The notes: generated by a model from the sequence alone, not told the origin. Counted from the stretch's first letter, positions 10,327-21,124 are shown. The stretch is DNA of 64,000 bases from Candidatus Eisenbergiella merdigallinarum (GCA_019119355.1 DWXE01000010.1:77238-141237); one strand, 5' to 3'. A program made the numbers and translations.

Positions 10327-10600
10327 CGTTCATTACCACCTTTCTTTCAAAATTTTCCCCCAGGTGTGACAGTCATCAACCCTTCGATTTAGCGGTTCAA
10401 AACGCTAAAATTCTTTGTCATTATACCATGTTTTGGATGTTTTCTACAAGAAAAAAAGCGGTAGTTTAAAGAAATTTCACATTTTATTCATTTTTAAAAG
10501 ATGAGGAAAGCGATTGTTTTCCAAACCGCTTTAGAGTAAAATAAATACCGATCCATGACGAAGGATGAGAACAAAAAGATCAGGAAAGGAGAACAGCAGC

Positions 10601-11263
10601 ATGGAGAATCAGGAAATTCTTTCCCATATCGATCATACGCAGCTGAAAGCTTACGCCACCTGGGAAGACATCGACCGGCTCTGCCGACAGGCCGTGGAAT
10701 ACCGCACGGCTTCCGTCTGCATTCCGCCCTGCTATATCCGCAGGGTCCGGGACAGCTATCCGGATCTGAAGATCTGCACCGTGGTGGGATTCCCGCTGGG
10801 ATACAGCGTGACGGCAGCCAAGGCCGCGGAGATCAAAGAGGCTTTGAAAGACGGCGCGGACGAAATCGATATGGTGGTCAACATCAGCGACGTGAAGAAT
10901 CATCGTTACGACCGGGTGGAGGAGGAGATCCGGGCGCTGAAGGATGCGTGCGGCGGCCATATCCTGAAGGTGATCGTGGAAGCCTGCTATCTGACCCGGG
11001 AGGAGAAGATCGCCATGTGCCGCGCGGTCACAGCGGCCGGGGCCGATTATATCAAGACGTCCACCGGTTTTGGAACCGGAGGAGCCACCGCAGAGGACGT
11101 GAAGCTCTTTTCGGAACACATCGGGCCGGGGGTTTCCATCAAAGCCGCGGGCGGTGTAAAGACCAGGGAGGACCTGGAGACGTTTCTGGCCCTGGGATGC
11201 GAACGGATCGGCACCTCTTCCGCAGTATCGATTCTGGCTGGCGAAGGGGCGAAAGAATATTGA
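10601..11263 (+). CDS. deoC: Deoxyribose-phosphate aldolase
   Basis: IDHTQLK, VVGFPLG, EIDMVVN, LKVIVE, IKTSTGF, KAAGGV, RIGTS. Confidence 0.96.
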   Translation: MENQEILSHIDHTQLKAYATWEDIDRLCRQAVEYRTASVCIPPCYIRRVRDSYPDLKICTVVGFPLGYSVTAAKAAEIKEALKDGADEIDMVVNISDVKNHRYDRVEEEIRALKDACGGHILKVIVEACYLTREEKIAMCRAVTAAGADYIKTSTGFGTGGATAEDVKLFSEHIGPGVSIKAAGGVKTREDLETFLALGCERIGTSSAVSILAGEGAKEY

Positions 11264-11300
11264 AAACGCGGCGCACAGGATCGCCGGAACGGAGGATGGG

Positions 11301-13097
11301 ATGAATCAGAAAATATGCGACAGGCTCGCGGCGCTGCGGGCCGTGATGGAAGAAAAGGGCGTGGACTGGTATATGGTGCCCACGGCCGACTTCCACAATT
11401 CCGAGTATGTGGACGATTATTTCAAGGTGCGGGAATACCTGAGCAATTTTTCCGGATCCAACGGAACGCTGATCGTGGGGAAAGACGAGGCCGGACTGTG
11501 GACGGACGGCAGATATTTCATCCAGGCCGGGCGGGAGCTGGAGGGAACGGGAATCACCCTCTATCGGATGCTGGAAGAAGGGGTCCCCACCAAGGAAGAG
11601 TTTCTGGAACGGAAGATGGGAGACGGCCAGACGCTGGGATTCGACGGCAGGGTGGTGGATACCCGGTTCGGGCAGAAGCTGGAGAAGGTCCTGGCTCCCA
11701 AAAACGCCCGCATCGCCTTCGGGGAGGACCTGGCGGACGGGATCTGGACGGATCGCCCGGCCCTTCCCTGCCATCCCGCGATGGTGCTGGACGAGGCCAT
11801 CTGCGGGGAGACGGCCGGAGAGAAGATCTCCCGCGTCAGGGAGAAGATGGCGCAGCTGGGCGTTGAGGGGTACTTTTTGAGCAAACTGGACGACCTGATG
11901 TGGCTGTTCAACATCCGGGGAAAGGACGTGGAGTGCAACCCCGTGGCGCTTTCCTATGCGTATCTGACGGAGTCGGAGTGCCATTATTTCATTCAGGACG
12001 GGGAAGTGACGCCGGAGCTGGAAAGCCATGCGGCGAAATACGGGATCCGGCTGCATCCGTACGGGGAAACCATGTCCTGGCTTTCCTCCTGCCCCATGGG
12101 AGGCCGGGTGTTGTGCGACCTGGGGAACGTCAGCTACGCGTTCTACAAGGCCATCGCCGCCAGAGCCGAAGTGGTGGACGGGCATAACCCCACGGAAATG
12201 ATGAAAGCGGTGAAAAACCAGGTGGAGCTGGCGAACATGGAACAGGTCTATATTAAGGACAGCGCCGCCCTGTGCAAATTCATTTACTGGGTGAAGAAAA
12301 ACGTGGGGAAGATTCCCATGACGGAATATTCCGCGGCGAAGCATCTGGATCGTCTGCGGAGCGAAGTGGACGGATACCTGGATCTTTCCTTCCCCACCAT
12401 CAGCGCCTATCGGGCCAATGCGGCCATGATGCACTATGAAGCCACGGAGGACGACTGCGCGCAGCTCGCCCCGGAAGGCATGCTTCTGGTGGATTCCGGC
12501 GGCCAGTACCTGGGCGGGACCACGGACGTGACCAGGACCATCGTACTGGGTCCCATTACGGATGAGGAACGGGAGCATTTTACCGCGGTGGCCATGGGAA
12601 TGCTGCAGCTGTCCGACGCCAGATTTCTCTATGGCTGTTCCGGCCGCAATGTGGACATTCTGGCGCGCCAGCCCCTGTGGGACAGGAATATCGACTACAA
12701 ATGCGGCACCGGACACGGAGTGGGCTATATCCTGAACGTGCACGAGGGCCCGCAGAACATCCGCTGGAGATATACGGAGGGCATGCAGGAAACCGTGCTG
12801 GAGGCGGGTATGGACGTGACCAACGAGCCCGGCGTATACGTGGAAGGCAGCCACGGGATCCGCACGGAAAACGTGATGGTGGTCAGAAACGGAGAGAAGA
12901 ACGGGGACGGGCAGTTCATGTATTTCGATACCCTGACCTGGGCCCCCATCGATCTGGACGCCATCGATCCTTCCATCATGCAGCCCAAAGACCGGGAGCG
13001 GCTCAACCGTTACCATGCGAAGGTACGGGAAAAAATTGCGCCTTACCTGGATGAGGAAGAGGCGAAATGGCTGGCGGAAGCGACCCGGGAAATCTGA
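11301..13097 (+). CDS. Aminopeptidase P family (M24B) Xaa-Pro aminopeptidase
   Basis: DFHNSEY, WTDGRYF, DSGGQY, GTTDVTRT, GTGHGVG, VHEGP, NEPGVY, GIRTEN. Confidence 0.93.
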   Translation: MNQKICDRLAALRAVMEEKGVDWYMVPTADFHNSEYVDDYFKVREYLSNFSGSNGTLIVGKDEAGLWTDGRYFIQAGRELEGTGITLYRMLEEGVPTKEEFLERKMGDGQTLGFDGRVVDTRFGQKLEKVLAPKNARIAFGEDLADGIWTDRPALPCHPAMVLDEAICGETAGEKISRVREKMAQLGVEGYFLSKLDDLMWLFNIRGKDVECNPVALSYAYLTESECHYFIQDGEVTPELESHAAKYGIRLHPYGETMSWLSSCPMGGRVLCDLGNVSYAFYKAIAARAEVVDGHNPTEMMKAVKNQVELANMEQVYIKDSAALCKFIYWVKKNVGKIPMTEYSAAKHLDRLRSEVDGYLDLSFPTISAYRANAAMMHYEATEDDCAQLAPEGMLLVDSGGQYLGGTTDVTRTIVLGPITDEEREHFTAVAMGMLQLSDARFLYGCSGRNVDILARQPLWDRNIDYKCGTGHGVGYILNVHEGPQNIRWRYTEGMQETVLEAGMDVTNEPGVYVEGSHGIRTENVMVVRNGEKNGDGQFMYFDTLTWAPIDLDAIDPSIMQPKDRERLNRYHAKVREKIAPYLDEEEAKWLAEATREI

Positions 13098-13110
13098 TAA
13101 AAAAATCCTG

Positions 13111-13139
13111 TTGTTTTTTATAACGGCTTTGGATATAAT
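13111..13139 (+). promoter_or_regulatory. Sigma-A-type promoter of the 6S RNA
   Basis: TTGTTT-17 nt-TATAAT. Confidence 0.7.
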
Positions 13140-13145
13140 AGAGTT

Positions 13146-13322
13146 AACCTGAGATGTGCGACAACCCTTATCGTTTTGAACCTACATTTACTTTAAACGG
13201 GATTCCTATATTGCCGGGCGGATGTCAGGCCCTCATTGCGCAGGGGAAGGCAGAAGCGCCGGTTGCGGTTACCCACCTGGCTTAGGCTAGGAGTCAGAAG
13301 ATAGGGGGCGGCATTTCGGGGG
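13146..13322 (+). ncRNA. ssrS: 6S RNA
   Basis: About 180-nt rod: CCTGAGATGT pairs with GCATTTCGGG, CCCTTATCGTTTTGA pairs with TCAGAAGATAGGG; TTGAACC and CCCACC segments as in Firmicutes 6S; own promoter and terminator. Confidence 0.85.
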
Positions 13323-13324
13323 AG

Positions 13325-13381
13325 AAGGGAATCGAAAGATTCCTTTTACAAAAGAAAAAGGCAGCCCTGCGGCTGCCTTTT
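13325..13381 (+). terminator. Two tandem terminator hairpins after the 6S RNA
   Basis: AAGGGAATC-GAAA-GATTCCTTTT, then AAAAGGCAGCC-CTGC-GGCTGCCTTTT. Confidence 0.75.
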
Positions 13382-13412
13382 GACGTGAAAAGAAACCTGT
13401 CCGGAGGATGTT

Positions 13413-15899
13413 TTGAACGAACGAGCTTACATACGGCGGAATCGGAAACCGGAGGGCGGGCGGTGGGCTGTGATGCTCCGAAAGGGGCTGATCCTGCTGG
13501 CGGGCTGCTTCGTCCTGCTGTATTTGCTGGGCCAGACCGTGGAGAAGATCGCCCGGCCCATTCAGGAAAAACAGGGGGAATTCATCCCTCTGCAGGAAGC
13601 GGGAAATCTGGCCTGGCTTCTGGCGGATACCGCCGGGCAGCAGGATCTGCCTTCCGCGTCCGCAGAGGCCCTTTTGGCGCGCCTGCGGGAACTGGACGCT
13701 TCGGAAGGGGAGGGATATCTGACCTGGGCCCAGGCGGAGGAGATCCTCTCGTTTTTCCCGGAAGGGGAAGAAGGATGGCACGGCGGGGCCTACGGGAAAC
13801 GGGAAAGGGTTTTGGCGAAGGACTGGTTTGCCTGGTTCGACGAAGCCAGAAAAACGTGCGATCCCGACGGCCGGATCCGGGATCTGGAGCTGACGGTGCT
13901 GGGCGCGGGGGGATCGGTAAGGCGCAGCGACGGCACCCCCCTTGAGGAGACGAAAGCCGTTTCCAAAGAAGGGGAATGGACGCTGTTTGCGGACCGGTTC
14001 CGGCAGGAGAACCTGCGTTACATCCCACTGACCGCGGTGGAACGGGACGGCGGGCTGTACGCGGTCCGCCGGGTTCAGGGCGGCGGCGCGGAGCTGGAAA
14101 ACGCCTGGATCGTGGAGGCGGACCGGGAAGGCCTGACCTGCTTCTGGAACGGCGTGGAGATCGCCGTGACGGTTCCGGATGGCGGGACGGGAGACGGCGC
14201 GGACCGGATGGCGGAGCTCTTGTCGGAATGCGGGGGCAGCGGGGAACAGGTGGCGGATCTGCGCTTTGAGGGCGGATACCTGTCGGAGATCGACTGCAAG
14301 GAGGAAAAGATTTCCGGCCGCCTGCTCAGCCTTCGGGACGGGGGAGCGCGGATCGAGGGACAGGGATTTTACCCGTTTTCGGAGGACGCGAAACTGTATC
14401 GTTTGTATGGGAGGATGCAGCTCCTGGATCAGGCGGATCTGCGGATCGGATATTCCTTTACGGATTTTGTGCTGGAGGACGGGGAGATCGTGGCGGCCTT
14501 GGTTTCCAGGGAAGAGAAGATGGAGAAGATCCGGGTCCTGATCCGGGGATCCGGCTATCGGAACGCGCTTCACGATTCCGTATCCCTGCAGCCCGACTGC
14601 GCCTGCAGCGTGCTGGCGGGGGAAACGGGAGAGGAGACGGCGGCTCTGGCGGCGGGGGATACGCTGACCATAACGGCCGATTCCCCTCTCTTTGGGGCCG
14701 GCGACCGGATCCGGATCCAGCCCGGGATTCAGACGGGGCGCATCAGCCTGACGGGCGTCGAACGCTCGCAGGGCGTTCCGTCCTATCGGGGCAGCCTGGA
14801 GCTGGTGAAAACCGACGGGAAGATCGCGGTAATCAACGAAGTGCTTCTGGAGGAGTATCTGTATGCGGTGGTCCCCAGCGAAATGCCCTCGGGCTATCCG
14901 CTGGAGGCCCTCAAGAGCCAGGCGGTCTGCGCCAGGACTTACGCCTATTCCAAAATGTGCCGGGCCGGTCTTCCCGACTACGGGGCCCACGTGGACGACA
15001 GCTCCGGCTTCCAGGTTTACAACAATATCGGGGAAACCGCGGAGACCACCCGGGCGGTGAAGGAAACGAAGGGCGAGGTTTTGTATTATCGGGGCGAACC
15101 GGCGCAGACGTACTATTATTCCACGTCCTGCGGCTACGGCACGGATGCCGGGATCTGGGGCGGCTCGGGCGCGCAGTCCTGCCCCTATCTCATGGCTCAG
15201 GCCATCAACTCGCAGAATATGGATCTGACGGTCCGCGCCGGGCAGGGGCAGGAGGACGGGGCGGTGGCCGTCATGTCGGCCATGAGCGATCAGGCCCGGA
15301 TCCTGACGGACGAGGCGGCTTTCGGCAGCTTCCTTCTGGAAGATCAGCCTTCCTTTTATGAGAGGGAGGAGCCCTGGTACCGCTGGACCTATACGGTGGA
15401 AAAACTGGATGCGGACGTTTTGAGCGCGGCGGTTGCCGGAAGGTACGCCGCGGATCCGGACGGGGTGCTGACCCTGCAGGCGGACGGGACCTATCGGGCC
15501 GCAGATCCGCCGAAGCTCGGAAGGATTCTGGACATTTCCGTGACGGACCGGGGAGCAGGCGGCGTGGCCAACGGGCTTTTGATCACGGGAGAGGGGGGCG
15601 CGGTGCGGATCGAAACGGAGCACAATATCCGCTATGCGCTCTGCGACGGGAGCGCTCCGGTGATCCGGCAGGACGGCAGCAGGGCGGACGCTTCCTCCAT
15701 GCTTCCCAGCGCCTTTTTCACCGTCAGCACTTTCAAAGAAAACGGAATTGTGGTAGGATATTCCCTGTCGGGCGGCGGATTCGGCCACGGGGTCGGAATG
15801 TCTCAAAACGGGGCGAAACGGATGGCTTTGTCGGGGTGCGACTCCGACGGGATCCTGGCCTTTTTCTATAAGGGCTGCGATCTGCAGGCGGTTTACTGA
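13413..15899 (+). CDS. SpoIID/LytB domain protein with long N-terminal extension
   Basis: YRGSLE, INEVLLEEYLYAVVPSEMP, EALKSQAVCARTY, FQVYN, GGGFGHGVGMSQNGA, ILAFFYKG; N-terminal TM helix. Confidence 0.9.
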   Translation: MNERAYIRRNRKPEGGRWAVMLRKGLILLAGCFVLLYLLGQTVEKIARPIQEKQGEFIPLQEAGNLAWLLADTAGQQDLPSASAEALLARLRELDASEGEGYLTWAQAEEILSFFPEGEEGWHGGAYGKRERVLAKDWFAWFDEARKTCDPDGRIRDLELTVLGAGGSVRRSDGTPLEETKAVSKEGEWTLFADRFRQENLRYIPLTAVERDGGLYAVRRVQGGGAELENAWIVEADREGLTCFWNGVEIAVTVPDGGTGDGADRMAELLSECGGSGEQVADLRFEGGYLSEIDCKEEKISGRLLSLRDGGARIEGQGFYPFSEDAKLYRLYGRMQLLDQADLRIGYSFTDFVLEDGEIVAALVSREEKMEKIRVLIRGSGYRNALHDSVSLQPDCACSVLAGETGEETAALAAGDTLTITADSPLFGAGDRIRIQPGIQTGRISLTGVERSQGVPSYRGSLELVKTDGKIAVINEVLLEEYLYAVVPSEMPSGYPLEALKSQAVCARTYAYSKMCRAGLPDYGAHVDDSSGFQVYNNIGETAETTRAVKETKGEVLYYRGEPAQTYYYSTSCGYGTDAGIWGGSGAQSCPYLMAQAINSQNMDLTVRAGQGQEDGAVAVMSAMSDQARILTDEAAFGSFLLEDQPSFYEREEPWYRWTYTVEKLDADVLSAAVAGRYAADPDGVLTLQADGTYRAADPPKLGRILDISVTDRGAGGVANGLLITGEGGAVRIETEHNIRYALCDGSAPVIRQDGSRADASSMLPSAFFTVSTFKENGIVVGYSLSGGGFGHGVGMSQNGAKRMALSGCDSDGILAFFYKGCDLQAVY

Positions 15900-15953
15900 G
15901 AAATGCAGCCGCGCCGTTTCCCGGAAAGAAACGGGGAAGAAAGGGGAAAACGC

Positions 15954-16772
15954 ATGAAAAAAGGGATACGGATGGTCAGGGGGTTCGCCAGGCATATGTC
16001 CAGAACGAACGTGAATGCCTATGCTGCCAGCGCGGCGTTTTTTATCTTTTTATCCCTGATCCCCATCATCATGCTGGTCTGCTCCCTGGTTCCCTATACG
16101 CCCCTGCAGAAATCGGATCTTCTGCAGGTGGTCAGCGAGATGCCGCAGCCCGTCGTTCCGCTGATGGTCAACCTGATCGAATCCCTTTACGACAGCACCG
16201 TCGGGGTGATCAGCGTGGCGGCCATCGTCACGGTGTGGTCCGCGGGAAAGGGGATGCTGGCCCTGATCCGGGGCTTAAACGCCATGAACGGCGTGGTGGA
16301 AGACAGAAACTACGTGGTGCAGCGCATCATCGCTTCCTTTTATACGGTGGTGATGCTGGTGCTCCTGCTGCTGTCCCTGGTGATCATGGTATTCGGCAAT
16401 ACCATCGTCCGGGTGCTGAACGAACACATTCCGGTGCTGGAGGAGCTGCTGCGGATCTTTGTGCACTTAAAACCCCTGTTTTCCTGGGGGATTCTGACAG
16501 CAGCCTTCATGCTGATCTACGCTTTTGTTCCGAATATCAAGCTGAAGGTCCGGGATCAGTTCCCAGGCGCCCTGTTCTCCGCCGTCAGCTGGAACCTGTT
16601 TTCCTGGGGATTTTCCATCTATGTGGGGACCTTCAACGGACTGAGCGTTTACGGAAGCCTTTCCGCCATCGTGGTCATCATGCTCTGGCTGTACTTCTGC
16701 ATGTACCTGCTTTTGATCGGGGCGCACATCAACCGCTTCGCGGCTCCCTTTAAACGGGAAATCAGGAGCTGA
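15954..16772 (+). CDS. YihY/BrkB family membrane protein
   Basis: AASAAFFIFLSLIP, WSAGKGM...GLN, PGALFS, YGSLSAIVVIMLWLY...GAHIN. Confidence 0.9.
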   Translation: MKKGIRMVRGFARHMSRTNVNAYAASAAFFIFLSLIPIIMLVCSLVPYTPLQKSDLLQVVSEMPQPVVPLMVNLIESLYDSTVGVISVAAIVTVWSAGKGMLALIRGLNAMNGVVEDRNYVVQRIIASFYTVVMLVLLLLSLVIMVFGNTIVRVLNEHIPVLEELLRIFVHLKPLFSWGILTAAFMLIYAFVPNIKLKVRDQFPGALFSAVSWNLFSWGFSIYVGTFNGLSVYGSLSAIVVIMLWLYFCMYLLLIGAHINRFAAPFKREIRS

Positions 16773-16859
16773 TCAAAGGGAACCGTACGGGAAAACAGCC
16801 CGTGAAATTGTGCTTGACTTTTGAAATCGGATTTCATAGAATAGGAACATAGCGAGAAA

Positions 16860-17103
16860 AGCTGTGAAGGTGTCAGTAGCGCGCTGCATTCCCTCAGAGA
16901 AGACGGGCCGTCGGCTGGAAGCCCGTCCGGGTAAGGCAGAGCTGTGAATTTCCCACCGGAGCTGCCCGGCTGAACGCAGGTTTCAGTAGGCCGGGACGTG
17001 TCGGGCACGTTACGCCTGTGAAAAGAGTGCCTGCGCAGAGCGGGAATTCGGGTGGTACCGCGGAGTTTTCCGTCCCTGGTTTGTGAAAACCGGGGATTTT
17101 TTT
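16860..17103 (+). promoter_or_regulatory. T-box riboswitch (Phe) upstream of pheST
   Basis: AGAGA and GGCTGGAA stem I motifs, Phe specifier (GAATTTC, 16946-16952), AGTA box, CGTTA box, T-box AATTCGGGTGGTACCGCG at 17045-17062, terminator TCCCTGGTTT...AAACCGGGGA-T7. Confidence 0.93.
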
Positions 17104-17310
17104 ATACGATAGGAAAGTTCCTTTCCTATCGTATAAAAAAACCGGTGGATCGCACTGCGGCAAAAAGGAATGTTCCATTCCTCAGAAGCTGTCGCTTACG
17201 CGACCCGCCGCAGGCGGAGAATCCTGCAAAGCAGGATTCTTTGTTTTTCATTATTATTATGAAAACGGGGAAATGCCCCCTGCCGCAGGAAGAGAGGAAA
17301 GGAGTTTGCC

Positions 17311-18330
17311 GTGAAAGAAAAACTGGAGAAAATCAGGGAAGAGGCGCTGGCTCAGATCGGCGCAGCCCAGTCCCTGGAAGCGCTCAACGAGGTCAGAGTC
17401 GGTTACCTGGGCAAAAAGGGCGCGCTGACGGAGCTGCTCAAAGGGATGAAGTCCGTGGCGCCGGAGGACCGTCCCAAAGTGGGGCAGATGGTCAATGAAG
17501 TTCGCGTCCTTCTGGAAAACGCCCTGGAGGAGAAGAAGTCGGCGCTGGAAGACGCCCTTCTGGAGGCCCGGCTGGAGGAGGAAGTGCTGGACGTGACCCT
17601 TCCCGCCAGGAAGAACCGGGTGGGCCACCGGCATCCCAACACCATCGCCCTGGAGGAAGTGGAGCGCATTTTCGTCGGAATGGGCTATGAGGTGGTGGAA
17701 GGGCCGGAAGTGGAGAAGGATTACTATAACTTCGAAGCGCTCAACATTCCCAAAGACCATCCGGCCAGGGACGAACAGGACACGTTTTATATCAACGACG
17801 AGATCGTGCTGCGGACCCAGACCTCCCCGGTGCAGGTGCGCACCATGGAGCAGGGGAAGCTGCCGATCCGGATGATCGCGCCCGGGCGGGTATTCCGCTC
17901 CGACGAGGTGGACGCCACCCATTCCCCTTCCTTCCACCAGATCGAAGGGCTGGTGATCGACAAACATATCACCTTCGCGGATCTGAAGGGAACGCTGGCC
18001 GAGTTCGCCCGGGAGCTGTTCGGGGAAGAGACGAAGGTCAAATTCCGCCCGCACCATTTCCCGTTCACGGAACCCAGCGCGGAGATGGACGTCAGCTGCT
18101 TTAAGTGCGGCGGAAAGGGCTGCCGCTTCTGCAAGGGATCGGGCTGGATCGAAATCCTGGGCTGCGGCATGGTGCATCCGAAAGTGCTGAAGATGTGCGA
18201 TATCGATCCGGAGGAATATTCCGGCTTCGCCTTCGGCGTGGGCCTGGAACGGATCGCGCTGCTGAAATATGAGATCGACGATATGCGCCTGCTCTACGAG
18301 AACGATATCAGGTTCTTAAAGCAGTTCTGA
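17311..18330 (+). CDS. pheS: Phenylalanine-tRNA ligase alpha subunit
   Basis: [47 protein letters not shown]. Confidence 0.98.
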   Translation: MKEKLEKIREEALAQIGAAQSLEALNEVRVGYLGKKGALTELLKGMKSVAPEDRPKVGQMVNEVRVLLENALEEKKSALEDALLEARLEEEVLDVTLPARKNRVGHRHPNTIALEEVERIFVGMGYEVVEGPEVEKDYYNFEALNIPKDHPARDEQDTFYINDEIVLRTQTSPVQVRTMEQGKLPIRMIAPGRVFRSDEVDATHSPSFHQIEGLVIDKHITFADLKGTLAEFARELFGEETKVKFRPHHFPFTEPSAEMDVSCFKCGGKGCRFCKGSGWIEILGCGMVHPKVLKMCDIDPEEYSGFAFGVGLERIALLKYEIDDMRLLYENDIRFLKQF

Positions 18331-18400
18331 GGAAACGGAATCAGGAGCCGCATTTTGCGCGTGTTCCTCGGCGCAAAAGCGCTTCGGAATGGAGGAAAAA

Positions 18401-20821
18401 ATGAACACAGCATTATCCTGGATTAAAGCATATGTGCCCGGCCTTTCCTGCACGGATCAGGAGTACTGCGACGCCATGACCTTAAGCGGGACGAAGGTGG
18501 AGGGCTATGAAAGGCTGGATAAAAATCTGGACCGGATCGTGATCGGACAGATTGAGAAGATCGAACGGCACCCCGACGCGGACAAACTGATCGTCTGCCA
18601 GGTGAACGTGGGGGACAAAACCGTTCAGATCGTCACGGGAGCGCCCAACGTGAAGGAGGGGGACAAGGTGCCCGTGGTGCTGGACGGCGGCAGCGTGGCC
18701 GGCGGACACGACGGAGGCCCCCTGCCGGAGGAGGGAATCAAAATCAAAGCGGGCAAGCTGCGCGGAGTGCCCTCGGAGGGCATGATGTGCTCCATCGAAG
18801 AGCTGGGCAGCAGCCGCGACATGTATCCGGAAGCGCCGGAATACGGAATCTATCTTTTCCCCGGGGACGCGCAGGTGGGCGCGGACGCGGTGGAAGCGCT
18901 GGGGCTTCGGGACACGGTATTCGAGTATGAAATCACCAGCAACCGGGTGGACTGCTACAGCGTGCTGGGCATCGCCAGGGAGGCGGCGGCGACCTTTCGC
19001 AAACCGTTCTGCCCTCCTGAGGTGAAGGTGAACGACAATGGGGAAGACGCCCACGACTACATCAGCGTCAGGGTTGAGGACGCCGATCTGTGCAGCCGTT
19101 ACTGCGCCCGGGTGTGCAAAAACATCAAAATTGCGCCCAGCCCCCGGTGGATGCAGAGAAGGCTGGCCGCCGCGGGAATCCGCCCCATCAACAACCTGGT
19201 GGATATCACCAACTACGTGATGGCCGAATACGGCCAGCCCATGCACGCCTACGACCTGGATGCCATCGCGGGGCATGAGATCATCGTGCGCCGGGCCAAA
19301 GACGGGGATACGTTTATGACCCTGGACGGCCAGGTGAGGAATCTGGATTCCGAAGTGCTGATGATCTGCGACGCCGAGAAGGAAGTGGGAATCGCGGGCA
19401 TCATGGGCGGCGAAAACAGCAAGATTACGGACGACGTGAAGACCGTGCTGTTCGAGGCGGCCACGTTCTACGGCCCCAACATCCGCAAATCCGCGAAGCG
19501 TATCGGCATGCGGACGGAAGCCTCCGGGATTTTCGAAAAGGGCCTGGATCCGGTCAACGCGGCGGCCGCCATCGACCGCGCCTGCCAGCTGATCGAAGAG
19601 CTGGGCTGCGGCGAGGTCGTGGGAGGAATGGTGGACGTGTGCAGCCCCATCAAACCCCTCAGGCGGATCGCTTTCGACGCGGAAAAGATCAACCGTTTCC
19701 TGGGAACGGACATTCCGGAAGAGGATATGCTGGAGACGTTTCGTATGCTGGAGCTGACCTTTGACCCGGAAAAGAAAGAAATCATCGTCCCTTCCTTCCG
19801 TCAGGATCTGGAAGGGTTTGCGGACATCGCGGAGGAAGTGGCGCGTTTCTACGGCTACGACAAAATTCCGGTGAGCCTGCCTTCCGGGGAAGCCACCACG
19901 GGCAAGATTTCCTTCAAGGGACGGGTGGAGGAAAAGGCCAGGGACATCGCGGAATACTGCGGATTTTCCCAGGGCATGTGCTATTCCTTCGAGAGCCCGA
20001 AGGTGTTCGACCGGCTGCTGATCCCGGCGGACAGCGGTCTGAGAAGAGCGGTGACCATTTCCAACCCGCTGGGAGAGGATTATTCCATCATGCGCACCCT
20101 GCCGTTAAACGGGATGCTCACCAGCCTTGCCACGAACTACAACCGCAGGAATAAGGACGTCAGGCTCTATGAGCTGGGCAACGTGTATCTGCCCAAAGCC
20201 CTTCCCCTGACGGAGCTTCCGGAAGAACGGATGCAGCTCACCCTGGGATTTTACGGGGACGGGGACTTTTTCACCATGAAGGGCGTGGTGGAAGAATTCC
20301 TGGAGCACGTGGGAATGAAGAAAAAGCCCGCCTACGATCCGGCGGACAAAAAGCCCTTCCTGCACCCGGGCCGGCAGGCGGATGTGGTCTATCAGGGAGA
20401 GCGCATCGGCTATCTTGGAGAGGTGCATCCGAAGGTCGCCAAAAACTACGGGATCGGCGACCGGGCCTACGTGGCGGTGATCGATCTGCCGAAAGTCGTT
20501 TCCATGGCTACCTTTGACCGGAAATATGAAGGAATCGCGAAATATCCGGCGGTGACCAGGGATATCAGCATGGTCGTTCCCAGGGAGATCCTAGTGGGTC
20601 AGATCGAAGCGGTTCTGGAACAGCGCGGCGGAAAGATCCTTGAGAGCTATTCCCTGTTCGATATTTACGAAGGGGAACAGATCCGGGCCGGATACAAGTC
20701 CATCGCCTATACGCTTTCCTTCCGCGCGAAGGACCGCACGCTGGAGGATGCGGACATCACGGCTGCCATGAAGAAAATTCTGAATGGGCTGGAGAGCCTC
20801 GGCATCGAACTGAGGCAGTAA
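18401..20821 (+). CDS. pheT: Phenylalanine-tRNA ligase beta subunit
   Basis: HPDADKL, LRGVPSEGMMCS, ITSNRVD, INNLVDITNYVM, EEVARFYGY, FDX-ACB C-terminus. Confidence 0.98.
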   Translation: MNTALSWIKAYVPGLSCTDQEYCDAMTLSGTKVEGYERLDKNLDRIVIGQIEKIERHPDADKLIVCQVNVGDKTVQIVTGAPNVKEGDKVPVVLDGGSVAGGHDGGPLPEEGIKIKAGKLRGVPSEGMMCSIEELGSSRDMYPEAPEYGIYLFPGDAQVGADAVEALGLRDTVFEYEITSNRVDCYSVLGIAREAAATFRKPFCPPEVKVNDNGEDAHDYISVRVEDADLCSRYCARVCKNIKIAPSPRWMQRRLAAAGIRPINNLVDITNYVMAEYGQPMHAYDLDAIAGHEIIVRRAKDGDTFMTLDGQVRNLDSEVLMICDAEKEVGIAGIMGGENSKITDDVKTVLFEAATFYGPNIRKSAKRIGMRTEASGIFEKGLDPVNAAAAIDRACQLIEELGCGEVVGGMVDVCSPIKPLRRIAFDAEKINRFLGTDIPEEDMLETFRMLELTFDPEKKEIIVPSFRQDLEGFADIAEEVARFYGYDKIPVSLPSGEATTGKISFKGRVEEKARDIAEYCGFSQGMCYSFESPKVFDRLLIPADSGLRRAVTISNPLGEDYSIMRTLPLNGMLTSLATNYNRRNKDVRLYELGNVYLPKALPLTELPEERMQLTLGFYGDGDFFTMKGVVEEFLEHVGMKKKPAYDPADKKPFLHPGRQADVVYQGERIGYLGEVHPKVAKNYGIGDRAYVAVIDLPKVVSMATFDRKYEGIAKYPAVTRDISMVVPREILVGQIEAVLEQRGGKILESYSLFDIYEGEQIRAGYKSIAYTLSFRAKDRTLEDADITAAMKKILNGLESLGIELRQ

Positions 20822-20833
20822 TTGGAGGGGGAT

Positions 20834-21124
20834 ATGGAAAAGAGATCTATGACTTCCAGACCGGTCAACAATGAAGTCGATTTTTGCAAGGTTTACGATA
20901 TGGGCACGAAGGAAAAAATCGAAAAGATCCTTCTGGCCAACCGGATTTCCTATTGCTGTCATTTCGAGGACAGGGGGATCCTGAACCGGATTTTTCCGTC
21001 CAGACCCGGAGACAAAACGGTGTGCATTTTCCGCATCCACGATGAGGAAGTGCCCCGGGCCAGAAAGCTGGTCAGCTCCGTGCTGGGGGAAAGCCGCGGA
21101 AAGAGAAAGGAGAACAAACGATAA
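20834..21124 (+). CDS. Small hypothetical protein (possibly DUF2007-like)
   Basis: SD GGAGG; stop overlaps the next start (TAATG). Confidence 0.7.
   Translation: MEKRSMTSRPVNNEVDFCKVYDMGTKEKIEKILLANRISYCCHFEDRGILNRIFPSRPGDKTVCIFRIHDEEVPRARKLVSSVLGESRGKRKENKR

Noticed and set aside
13287-15995. 902-aa minus-strand ORF
   Set aside because: Antisense shadow of the SpoIID gene, expected from GC-rich codon bias; no recognisable motifs
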